Assembly (NCBI RefSeq): GCF_001194135.2
Contig: NC_068982.1
Location: forward strand, 14,922,525 to 14,986,524
Length of the DNA: 64,000 nucleotides
Reading direction: 5' to 3'
Source: Octopus bimaculoides
Lineage: Eukaryota
This document shows positions 12,760-24,308 of the stretch, piece by piece; positions within the stretch are counted from its first letter, which is position 1, and each line of letters starts with the position of its first letter. The position numbers were made by a program, and so were the translations under genes. A model generated the notes under the pieces. It ran no database searches, was not told the DNA's origin, and saw nothing but the letters and a program-made list of their open reading frames with translations.

Positions 12760-13075
12760 ATAGTAATGAACTTAGTGTATACGGTGCTCGGGTGCACTAC
12801 AGCACATCAGAAAAAGTAGCCAAAACTGCATGAAGAGTGCATAGAATATGCACAGGAAGAAAACAGTGAATAAAGTCTAGGGGGGGGGGGAGAAGAAACA
12901 GGTGTACTGTTGATGAATTTCAGGAAGCATGGAAGTTTTGAAAGATATGGTGTCCCGACTGCTAACAACTGATGCGGTTAGTTTATTCCATGCTTCAGTA
13001 ATTCTGAGCGTGCAAAAATGTTTCCAAATGCAATGGGTGTTGTGTTGTTTTTTTTTGATTTTGAAAGCATTTGCA
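12760..13075 (-). mobile_element. 3' end fragment of a CR1/L2-group LINE
   Basis: Minus strand reads close to KHF.TLR..EAWNKL.ASVVS, the conserved terminal ORF2 motif (RxxFFxxRVxxxWNxLP). Confidence 0.6.
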
Positions 13076-14494
13076 TGATTGTTAGATTTTCAACTTGAGC
13101 CAAAATCAGATCAAACAACCAGACTGGAACTAAATATTCTATTACTGATTTAATCTACCCTGTGCAAATAATTAGTTAATTACTTATCCTCTAGAAATGT
13201 TAACTCTGATAATTAAGATGAGGGATAAAAAACAAAATGTTTTAAACATTAGACTACTTTATTGAACAGTTTGAAAGTAATTTATGATCTCTTAGTTAGC
13301 CTTGACAGTTTTGTTTATGTGGTTGGTAGAGTTAAGTATCTTAACCAAGCCCATAGCTAAACCAGTAATGAGAAAATTATGAAAGAGATTCATGCTTATA
13401 GTAAATAATATGGAAAAATTGGATTATTGATTGTACTAAATAAAGAAAACCCAAATGACTAATGTATTGATTTTCTATTATTAATATGAGCAACAGCAGT
13501 CAGGATAACGAAGATAGTTGAGTCCAGGGTTTGATGCTCTACTTTATATTGTCCAGTACCTGATTGTGTTAGGTTCAAATGCTGCTATAGTTGACTTCGT
13601 TTCCATTTCCTGCAAGATTGATCAATTGATTACTAGAAATATATCGTGAACTATTAAAAGCATTATAACCCACACTTTCAATAGAAGAAATGAGCGAATA
13701 AGGGAGACTCTGTATTGTTCAATCTTCTAAAAACAACAGCTAAATCTCCTTAAAACATCATGCCTTACTATCTTAGAACAGAACATCACACTTGAAAATG
13801 TGTTCCCTTCTAAGACTGGAATGCCTTTGGTCATAAATCTTCTTAATTGGGACCGACCAGGGGCTAAATGCGGAGAGATGACCAAAGGTACTATAATGCC
13901 AAAGTGGATGTCACTTCTGATGTGATTTTAAAACGACACGGGCCAGAGTTCAATCTCACCTACAATTGGCTTTGATTACCATCTCACAAACAGTCAATAA
14001 AATAAGCACCATCATGAATGGGAGATGATAAAATTAACTATATTTTACATTTGTAAATACTGGGCCTACGTCTAGACAAAAGAAATCAATAAAGAATTGT
14101 CCGTAGTAAACTCTGGCAGCAATTCTCAGTGCTAAAAACACATTCTTGTAAATATCTTTGAGAACAGAAGATGAAAACTCTGCAAATTGAAACTCCAATG
14201 TATGAAATGGAAAACCCATAAATTATTAGAATCAGATGTGTGTGTGCATGTGTGTTTATATGTAAGTATAAAACATGTATGTGTTTAAATACAAATCTAC
14301 ATGTACGCATGTACGTACACACACACACACACACACATACACTCATACATTTATATTAATTTCAAACATCTCTTTGTGTTCCTCTCTCTCACTCTCTTTC
14401 TCTCTCTAAATATATGAGTGTGTGTATATGTATATGTCTATAAAAATAGATAGATGTATATTTACGTGTGTACATATTTATCTTATCTATTTAC

Positions 14495-14565
<71 letters not shown>

Positions 14566-14822
14566 CGTATGTATACGTGTGTGTGTGTGTTTGAAAAAAA
14601 ATGAATAGAAATGGCTTTTCTGAAAGTTCTAAACATCTAATTATTAAAGTGGAAAAATTATCGCAAAAGCCATTTCTATTCAATTTTTCAAACATATAAT
14701 ATTGTACCAAAGATTTTCTATTTCTTATTCTTCTTCTTCCACACACACACACACACATTAGAGCTTCTTTCAATTTCTACCTANNNNNNNNNNNNNNNNN
14801 NNNNNNNNNNNNNNNNNNNNNN

Positions 14823-14856
<34 letters not shown>

Positions 14857-15044
14857 TCTCATATATTTAAGTTTTTACCTGTCACTTTTTCAGTCATTAG
14901 ACTGCAGCCATCCTGGGACACTGCCATGACAGGTGTAATCAAGTAAATCAACATCAGTGCTCTTTGCTGAACTGCTAGGTTTCAGGAATATAAACAAACC
15001 AACGTCAAGTAGTGGTGGGGAACAAACACACACACACATACAGA

Positions 15045-15146
15045 TATTCTTTTACTTGTTTCAGTCACTTGATTGTGGCCATGCTGGAGCATTGCCTTTT
15101 AGTCAAAGAAATCGACCCCTGGACTTATTCTTTGTAAGCATGTATT

Positions 15147-15193
<47 letters not shown>

Positions 15194-15450
15194 ATTTATA
15201 TATGTAGAAGTAGCTGTGTGGTAAGGAGCTTCCTTCTCAACCATGTGGTTCTGGGTTCAGTCCCACTGCATTGCACCTTAGGCAAGTGTCTTCTACTATA
15301 GCCTCTTTCAGTTTCCATCTACCAAATCCACTAATAAAGCTTTGGTTAACCTAGTGCTATATTAGCAGACACATGTTCAAGGTGGCACACAATGGGACAG
15401 AACGTAGAACCATGTAGTTAGGAAACTTAACTTCTTACCACACAGTCACA
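15045..15450. mobile_element. Cluster of SINE A fragments (minus tail, plus head 15205-15302, minus head 15303-15450)
   Basis: Recognisable A-family segments in both orientations. Confidence 0.75.
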
Positions 15451-15642
15451 CGTATGTGTGTGTGTGTGTGTATGTATATATGTATGTATATCATGATCAT
15501 CACTGTCATTTAATGTCCACTTTGCATGCTGGCATGGGTTGGATGGTTTGACTGGAACTGGTAAGCCAGAGAGGTGCACCAGGTTCCAGTTTGATTTGGC
15601 ATGGTTTCTATATATGTATTTGTGTGTGTGTGTGTGCAATAT

Positions 15643-15905
15643 AAAATACATTAAATGCTACAAGACTTACACTTAGGAGAGACACCAGAACGCTAATACT
15701 TCATCAGTTATTGACCGAAAAATACTAATATCTAGTTTCATGCCTTTAACGATAAGACTAGGAACTTCATGTATTGGCAATATACCTAGTCTTATTAAAG
15801 GCACAAAACTAGGTACCAGTATTTTTCGGTCGATAACCGATGAAGTATTAGGGTTCTGATTAGTGTCTGTTCTATATGTACGTTTTGTAGTATTTAATGC
15901 ATTTT
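15643..15905. repeat. Fold-back, about 120-bp arms, about 22-nt loop
   Basis: ctaatacttcatcagttattgaccgaaaaatact... pairs with ...agtatttttcggtcgataaccgatgaagtattag. Confidence 0.85.
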
Positions 15906-16126
15906 TGATTTATGGAATATCTGAACACCACGCATCCCGACTTTTATATATATATCATCATTACCATCATCATCGCTTAACATCCACGTTTGGATGGTGC
16001 TTTTTATGTGGCGCTGGCATCAACCATGTTCGGACAGTGCTTTTTACATGCCACCAGCACAGGGAGCCAGTTGGGCAGCACTGGCAATGACACATGCTGT
16101 CATGGATGATGATATATATAAATATG

Positions 16127-16169
<43 letters not shown>

Positions 16170-16211
16170 NNNNNNNNNNNNNNNNNNNNNNNNNNNNNNN
16201 NNNNNNNNNNN

Positions 16212-16244
<33 letters not shown>

Positions 16245-16624
16245 TGTATGTATGTATGTATGTATGTATGTATGTATATGTATGTATGTATATATATATA
16301 TAAATATGTATGTATATATATATATATGTATATATAAACATGTATGTGTATATAAATAAACATGTATGTATAGATATATATATACATATGTTTGTATGTA
16401 TGTATATATATACATGCACACACACACACATACACATAGATATATGTACATATATACAACGAGCTTCTTTCAGTTTCCATCTACCAAATCCACTCACAAG
16501 GCTTTCGTTGGCCCAAGGCTATAGTAGAAGACACTCGCCTAAGGTGCCATGCAGTGGGACTGAACCCGGAACCACATGGTTGGGAAGGAAGCTCTTTACC
16601 ACACAGCCACTCCTACATATATAA

Positions 16625-16706
<82 letters not shown>

Positions 16707-17315
16707 ATACATACATATATATAGTTATATATATAAATCATATAATTTGATACACAGCTTCATACTAAAACACACTCACACTCACACTCACACACTCACA
16801 CACTCACACACTCACACTCATACATCTGTTCTAAGCTGTTGGAAACGTTTCCATTTTTTGCCCACATTTTTGACATTCTCTCTCTCAATGAAATCAAATG
16901 TGATTTTTGGCACATAATATTACCTGTTCCTGTAATGCAAATAACATTTGTAAAATTTCTAATAATATTTATAAATATTATAGCTTGTAAAATAATAGTT
17001 GCATATTAGAAAGATAATTATTAGCTTTTAAAGATATCAGTGCCAGTAAATTTATGTAGATATTTATGCATATATGCATATCTATCTGCCTATCTTATCT
17101 ATGGATATCTATACATACATACATAATTTTATATATATATATATATATGCATATATATGTATGCAAATATATACATGTATATATGTGTGTGCATGCATAT
17201 ATATGTGTGTGTGTGTGTGTATATGCATATATATATGTGTGTGTGTGTGTGTATATGCATATATATATGTGTGTGTGTGTGTGTGTGCATATATATATAT
17301 AAAGTCTGTCATACC

Positions 17316-17355
17316 GGCCATGACGAAGGGAAATAGCCCTGAAACTCGAGTCGCC
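17316..17355 (+). ncRNA. Degenerate hammerhead motif (extra A in core)
   Basis: ggc-C(a)TGACGA-AGGG aaatag CCCT-GAAAC-TCGA-GTC|gcc. Confidence 0.45.
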
Positions 17356-17474
17356 TTTATATATTTATATCTATATATTTGATCCTTTATATTGAACACT
17401 CAATATTTCATCTACATTCAATACTTTATTTCATGGTGCCATCCATTTTTATTTTATTTTATATTATATATTGT

Positions 17475-18156
17475 NNNNNNNNNNNNNNNNNNNNNNNNNN
17501 NNNNNNNNNNNNNNNNNNNNNNNNNNNNNNNNNNNNNNNNNNNNNNNNNNNNNNNNNNNNNNNNNNNNNNNNNNNNNNNNNNNNNNNNNNNNNNNNNNNN
17601 NNNNNNNNNNNNNNNNNNNNNNNNNNNNNNNNNNNNNNNNNNNNNNNNNNNNNNNNNNNNNNNNNNNNNNNNNNNNNNNNNNNNNNNNNNNNNNNNNNNN
17701 NNNNNNNNNNNNNNNNNNNNNNNNNNNNNNNNNNNNNNNNNNNNNNNNNNNNNNNNNNNNNNNNNNNNNNNNNNNNNNNNNNNNNNNNNNNNNNNNNNNN
17801 NNNNNNNNNNNNNNNNNNNNNNNNNNNNNNNNNNNNNNNNNNNNNNNNNNNNNNNNNNNNNNNNNNNNNNNNNNNNNNNNNNNNNNNNNNNNNNNNNNNN
17901 NNNNNNNNNNNNNNNNNNNNNNNNNNNNNNNNNNNNNNNNNNNNNNNNNNNNNNNNNNNNNNNNNNNNNNNNNNNNNNNNNNNNNNNNNNNNNNNNNNNN
18001 NNNNNNNNNNNNNNNNNNNNNNNNNNNNNNNNNNNNNNNNNNNNNNNNNNNNNNNNNNNNNNNNNNNNNNNNNNNNNNNNNNNNNNNNNNNNNNNNNNNN
18101 NNNNNNNNNNNNNNNNNNNNNNNNNNNNNNNNNNNNNNNNNNNNNNNNNNNNNNNN
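17475..18156. other. Assembly gap (N-run)
   Basis: N-run. Smaller gaps at 14784-14822, 16170-16210, 19720-19771, 32599-32694, 43997-44029 and 63869-63975. Confidence 1.
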
Positions 18157-18204
18157 TATACATATATGTATGAATAGCTATATTTATCTGTGTGTATATG
18201 TGTG

Positions 18205-18272
<68 letters not shown>

Positions 18273-19426
18273 CCATGCACGCACGCACACACACATACAT
18301 GTCAATATGTATATATATATACATACACCCACAAACGTATATTTACAAGCTTATGTATATATATATATATATATATTACACGTTCATATGCATGTGGGAG
18401 TGTTTGATTGATAAGGATGTCCTGTGAGCCATGTGATGGAGTAAAATTATATATATATACATAGATAGATAGATAGATATAGATGTGTAGATATATAGAC
18501 ACACACATGCATGCACACATACGTGTTTGTGTGTGTATGTATTTATGTATATAAGCTAAATCTTTGTTTTAGAAGTTCACTTTTCCATGAGGAATATGTC
18601 TATAATTGAGTATCTGTCTTTTCATCTTGTTCCTGAATTTTGTATGAGTAATTCTTCTTGTGGTTTCCTTAACCTGCAAACACTTTGCACATACATGCAC
18701 ACACACACACAACTATATATCAATACGCTAGTGTGTGTATATTAATGTATACATACATACATACATCTGAGCACTGTATACAATAATTTCATTATTATAC
18801 ATATATATGTGTGTGTGTGCTGATATACATGTGTTATGTGTGATATCTCTTATATATATATATATATATATATATAGTGTGTGTGTGTGTGTGTATTATA
18901 TTATGCAGGGTTTGTTTGTTTTAGTTATGCATCCATCTGTCTAACTGAAAAGACCAATTTCTCCCTATAAAAAGGTAGCAGATATGAAGCAAAATTTGAA
19001 CTCAGAAAACAAAATAACTGAAAGGGATACTGTAATTCTGCCAATCCAGCGCTTTGGACTAATATTTCATTTTATCCACTTAAAAAAAAAAGACGTAAAG
19101 CAAAATTGTCTTCAACTGGATTTGAACTCAAACACAAAGAACCAAAAATCCTGAACAAATACTGCCAGGAATTCTCCCCAACATCTAAACAACTCTGCTA
19201 ATTCAGCTAATACAAACGCGTGTGCATGTATGCTTATATGAGAGAGAGAGAGAGAGGTGTGTAGATGAGTATTTATGGGAATATATATTAGTTGTTTATA
19301 TTTCACTTTAGAAATTAAACTATCCCTAACATGCATTTTCATCTTGTATATACATCATTACTACCGTGTTCATCCAATACTTTCTACACCCTCAATATTT
19401 AAAAACAGTCAACGTCCTGCTACAGA

Positions 19427-19473
<47 letters not shown>

Positions 19474-19772
19474 CAACCTGCTTATCACCGCCGTTTAATC
19501 ATTATTTACCCACAAATGATCACTATATATTTGCCAATATCAATCTAGTTTGACAGATATTAAAATGTGAGTCAGTATTGATGTTGTGTTTTTGTTGTAG
19601 TTCTTTGTATCCATTCCTATTGTTATTGTTATTATCTATGGAAAACATCTCCACACGGAAAATAGTACAGACAGACATACACACAAGTTATTTTGTTTAT
19701 TTTCCTTACCCCCCCCCCCNNNNNNNNNNNNNNNNNNNNNNNNNNNNNNNNNNNNNNNNNNNNNNNNNNNNN

Positions 19773-19805
<33 letters not shown>

Positions 19806-19936
19806 TTTATTTCAATATCGCAAGACCGAAAAAAAATATAAGAAAAAAAAAACTACTGCATCAATTCTTCAAACGACACAACTAGAGAAGAAATAGCAGA
19901 GAATAAAAAGTTTTCTATAAATCTGGTAGTACTCAC

Positions 19937-20014
19937 TTGAACAACTGGGAACAAACTATCTTTTCTCCCCCAGCTACAAATGCTGGGACGACCTGCATTA
20001 CTCCTGCGTCTCAT
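19937..20014 (-). CDS. Candidate first coding exon of an unidentified minus-strand gene (MRRRSNAGRPSICSWGRKDSLFPVVQ)
   Basis: ATG at 20014-20012 opens the only frame that reaches a consensus donor CAA|GTGAGT (19936-19931), exactly 26 codons. Unique, CpG-containing sequence. Purine-rich upstream sequence with an in-frame TAG and no polypyrimidine tract suggests a 5' UTR. No homology recognised. Confidence 0.5.
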
Positions 20015-20388
20015 GCTGGTTCTAGATTCGGACTGAACCAACTAGTCTCAGATTATTTCTTTTTGCTTTCTGTGTTTTTTTTATTTATTTTTCACCTTCT
20101 TTTTTTTTATATATAATATATGTATATATATATTACTTTGTTTTTACTTTTTTATTTTTGTTTCTTTTTCTTTCTTCCTGTTCTTTCCTTTCATTTAAAG
20201 GTAGTGCTTTTTTTTGCTTTTGTTTTTGTTTGTTTTTTTTACCTCCTTTCACCCTTTTGAGGAACGAAAACACTTCCAACTAACTAGCACTCTCTTTCTA
20301 TTTCACTTGGGCTTATCCACACGAGTATTTTTAGTTACCAAATCACAATATTCCAGTGAAATCTGCCTCTTGATTTTGTTTTTATCTT

Positions 20389-20426
<38 letters not shown>

Positions 20427-20999
20427 TGGAGACTAACCACAAGGCTTAATGTAATTTTATATATATACACACACACACATACACACATATAACACATATA
20501 AAGTATATGTGTGTATAACTTCCTCGTTTGGTTTATATATATATATGTTTCTTAGGTGAGGAAATTCTAGTTTTCTAAACAAGTAAAAAAAAGATACCTT
20601 TATTTTTTTTTTTTTTAGCAGAGGTTTTTGCTTGGGTTTTATTCTTTATTCCACTTTTAGGTGTATCAAATACAAAAACAAATCAGGCGGTCTATTTTAC
20701 CTTTACTACTTGGTAACAATAGTGTGAATTAGTTAAAAATAATCAATAAAAGTAACATGTACGTATACACTCAACATTAATGCAGATATATTTTGTATGG
20801 GGAGTACACAGACATGTGGGCGTGTGTGTGTGTGTGTACAGTGTCGTTAGAGTGTAGGATGTGTAGGAAAGAATATTTTGCGGTATTTGTTGTGGGCTGC
20901 TCCACACTTTGGTTTCATAAACCCACTGGGATCATCTTCATCATTCACCCTTCCCAGGCTGGGAAATAAACTGAATACCAGGCAACTTTTAGGGATCGG

Positions 21000-21412
21000 T
21001 TCTCTCTCTGGGTCTCTCTCTCTCTTCTCCCCTCACTTTCCCTTTACCCCCTTTCTGTCTGTCTGTCTCTCTCCCTCCCCTGTTCTCCCCTCACTTTCCC
21101 TTTACCCTCTTTCTGTTTGTCTCTTTGCCTCTTTCACTCTCTCCTCTCCTCTCTCCTTTCCCCTTATCCTCTCTCTCTCTTTCTCTCTCTCTCTCCCTCT
21201 CCCTTCCTGTTCTCCCCTCTCTTTTTTCCCCCTTACCCTGTCACTTATTGTCTGTCTATCTGTCTTTCTCTCTCTCTCCTTTCCCCATGCCCTCTCTCTT
21301 ATTGTCTGTCTTTCTCTCTCTTTCCTCTCCCTTTACCCTCTCTCCCCCTCTCTCTCCCTTTACACTCTCCCCCTCTCTCTCCCTTTACACTCTCTCCCTC
21401 TCTCTCTCTCAG
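21000..21412 (+). repeat. CT-rich low-complexity/minisatellite tract
   Basis: Recurrent ccctttac(a/c)ctct units and (CT)n; source of the Leu/Ser/Pro-rich ORFs here. Confidence 0.9.
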
Positions 21413-21419
21413 CTATATA

Positions 21420-22160
21420 GCACTCTGGGAAGAGCTGTCGTGGACCACTCATATCAATCCTCTTGTCAGAAACGATGGAAAAGAATTCAGCAAGGAGCTA
21501 CCAATCGCTCCTCATGATAAATTGATAAGTTACTTCAACCACCAAACAAGGGACCAGGAAACTATGCTGGTCGTATGGAGGACATTTTCCCTCAACCATC
21601 TGGACTACTGCCCTCAACTGTGGTCACCTTACACTATAGGATTAATAGCAGAACTTGAGGTGGTTCAGCAATACTACACAAGGAAGATTGCATCAATGGA
21701 ACAGCTGAGCTACTGGGAGAGACTGAGAGAGCTACAACTCTACTCTCTGGAGCGAAGACGGGTGAGGTATGCAGTGATATATGGGTGGAAGATACTGGTG
21801 GGTGGGGGGCACGAAACTTTGGAATTGAGGGTTATACCACACCTCAAAATGGACGTCACTGCACTGTTCCTAAAGTCCCAGCTGTCTCATCTAAGGCAAG
21901 GACCATGTACTGCAATAGCTTGGTATTCAAGAACCCACAGCGATTTAACTCCTTGCCAAAACATCTGTGGGGTGGGAGCAGATGTTTTCAAGAAACAGCT
22001 TGACCTCCTGCTATCCAAGATCCCAGATGAACCAATATCAAGACAGGAAACTCAAAAGAGGGCAGCAATATCGAACTCACTCCTTCACCAAAAGCCAGTC
22101 CCATAGAATTTGTCAATTAAAAGGTGATTACACTGGTGGTGCCCCAGCATGGCTGCAACC
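21420..22160 (+). mobile_element. 5'-truncated CR1/L2-group LINE, RT C-terminus and 3' UTR
   Basis: ORF 21117-22106 contains HLDYCPQLWSP...LEVVQQYYTRKI...SYWERLRELQLYSLERRRVRY..IYGWKIL, typical post-RT motifs of this group. The ORF N-terminus is only a CT-rich repeat. Confidence 0.85.
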
Positions 22161-22162
22161 CT

Positions 22163-22194
<32 letters not shown>

Positions 22195-22198
<4 letters not shown>

Positions 22199-22397
22199 TT
22201 TTACTTTTATTTTTATTTGTTTCAGTCATTTGACTGCAGCTATGCTGGAGCACTGCCTTTAGTCGAGCAAATCGACCCCAGGACTTATTCTTTGTAAGCC
22301 TAGTACTTATTCTATCGGCTTCTTTGGCCGAACCGCTAAATGACGGGGGACGTAAACACACCAGCATCGGTTGTCAAGCGATGTTGGAGGGACAAAC

Positions 22398-22428
<31 letters not shown>

Positions 22429-22516
22429 CAACGGGCTTCTTTCAGTTTCCATCTAGCAAATCCACTCACAAGGCTTTGGTTGGCCCGAGGCTATAGTAGA
22501 AGACACTTGCCCAAGG
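22195..22516 (-). mobile_element. SINE family A lacking its head
   Basis: Tail, body and gacacttgcccaagg; stops at 22516. Confidence 0.8.
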
Positions 22517-22616
22517 TGGATACAAAATGACATACATCATCCGGTAGACATTCCAGTGTGTCTATTTATTCCAAAGCATTAGAAAGTATTAGAAGAAAAC
22601 ATACACACACATATAT

Positions 22617-22768
22617 AAAGCTACAAAAATACCACAAGAAACTGTGACTCAGGAGTTTCACATTCCCATTTGCCAGACAGCTGTGGTCAAGAGTCTTGAT
22701 CACAACTGCCCAACAAATGGCAATGTGAAACTCTGAGTAACAGTTTTTTGTGATTCTTTTGCAGTCTT
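22617..22768. repeat. Imperfect palindrome, about 75-bp arms, 3-nt centre
   Basis: ...cagctgtggtcaag agt cttgatcacaactg... Confidence 0.85.
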
Positions 22769-22876
22769 AATAAAAAAAAAAAGCACATTACTCTACCTCC
22801 AGAATTTGAGTATTATTTTTTCCAACTTGTTTTGCATTTATGTACTTACTCGTGTGTGTGTGTGTGTGTGTATGTC

Positions 22877-22968
<92 letters not shown>

Positions 22969-23257
22969 CATATATATGAATATATAAATGTTTGTTTCTA
23001 TGTTCGGTTATAATAAAAATGAATTTTAAATAAATCTGGTGGGTTACTCTATACTTTTGTAGTGTAGGAATTTAATATTCTTAAACAAGAATATTATTGA
23101 TAGTGACTTCAAAGTTCCAGTCAGTTAAGCTATTGAGTGATGATGGCTTAACTAGCCAAAACTTCAAAGTCACAGTCAAAATAATTCTTGATTAAGAATA
23201 AACTATATAATACTTACATATTATACCTACATTTATATATCTAATATATATACTTAT

Positions 23258-23650
23258 GTGGAGACGCATTGGCCCAGTGGTTAGGGCAGTGGACTTGTGG
23301 TTGTAGGATCGCAATTTCGATTCCCAGATCAGGTGCTGTGAGTATCTATTGAGCAAAAATCACTTAAAAGCTCCACAAGGCACCGGCAGGGGGTGGTGGT
23401 GGCAAACCCTTCTGTACTCTTTCACCACAACTTTCTCTCACTCTCACTTCCTGTTTCTGTTGTGCCTGTATTTCAAAGGGCCAGCCTTGTCACACTCTGT
23501 GTCACGCTGAATCTCCCCGAGAACTACGTTAAAGGGATACATGTCTATGGAGTGTTCAGCCACTTGCATGTTAATTTCACGATCCGACTGTCCTGTTGAT
23601 CAGATCAACTGGAAGCCTCATCATATCATCGTAACTGACAGAGTGCTATG
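23258..23650 (+). mobile_element. tRNA-derived SINE family D
   Basis: tggcccagtggttaggg (A box)...ttcgattccc (B box)...cctgtatttcaaagggccagccttgtcac body shared with 27592-27915 and 54245-54512. Confidence 0.8.
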
Positions 23651-23772
23651 ATATATACTTATATATCTATATCTATATATAGGATATATATATATATATA
23701 TATATACTTCCATATTATATCTACATTTATACATATATATATTTAAATAATATATCTATATAGATATATAGG

Positions 23773-23812
<40 letters not shown>

Positions 23813-23816
23813 CCCA

Positions 23817-23856
<40 letters not shown>

Positions 23857-24308
23857 CCCATATATCTATATAGATATATTATTTAAATATATATATGTAT
23901 AAATGTAGTTATAATATGGAAGTATATATATATATTTGCTCATTTATTCATTAGTATATATAATATATACATCATATATTATATTATTTATACATACATA
24001 TATATTATACACACACACACACACACACACACGCATACACACATATATATACGCAAAAAAAAATCAGTTATATCTAGTAGTTTTGACCTCTCTGTAAATA
24101 GATTGTATCTCTTTGTTTTTTTTTTTTACTTCCCTTCATAGCTTTCTCCACCTCATACATATAAAATAATTATCTTTTCATATATCAGGCTATTCCTTTA
24201 AGATTAGATCAAAATAATTAACTGGTAGAGTTGCAAAGAAAATTTTAAGTTTTTTCATTCTCCTTTTTCTCTCTCTTTTCTTTCTTTTTTTTTTTTTTTT
24301 TTTTTTTT

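Noticed and set aside
14034-14219. Minus-strand ORF after a good acceptor (tttgcag| at about 14180), EFSSSVLKDIYKNVFLALRIAARVYYGQFF
   Set aside because: No convincing donor, no recognisable homology, and phase 0 from the upstream candidate exon hits a stop.
15970-18520. Many long ORFs rich in YI/HT/CV dipeptides or X
   Set aside because: They are translations of (AT)n, (GT)n and (ATAC)n microsatellites and N-gaps.
18570-18670. Minus-strand open stretch VKETTRRITHTKFRNKMKRQ after tgtttgcag
   Set aside because: Weak polypyrimidine tract and weak donor (gtgaac); no homology recognised.
23258-23330. tRNA-like sequences (also 30911, 50586 and others)
   Set aside because: These are SINE heads with A/B boxes but no complete cloverleaf or terminator; not called as tRNA genes.
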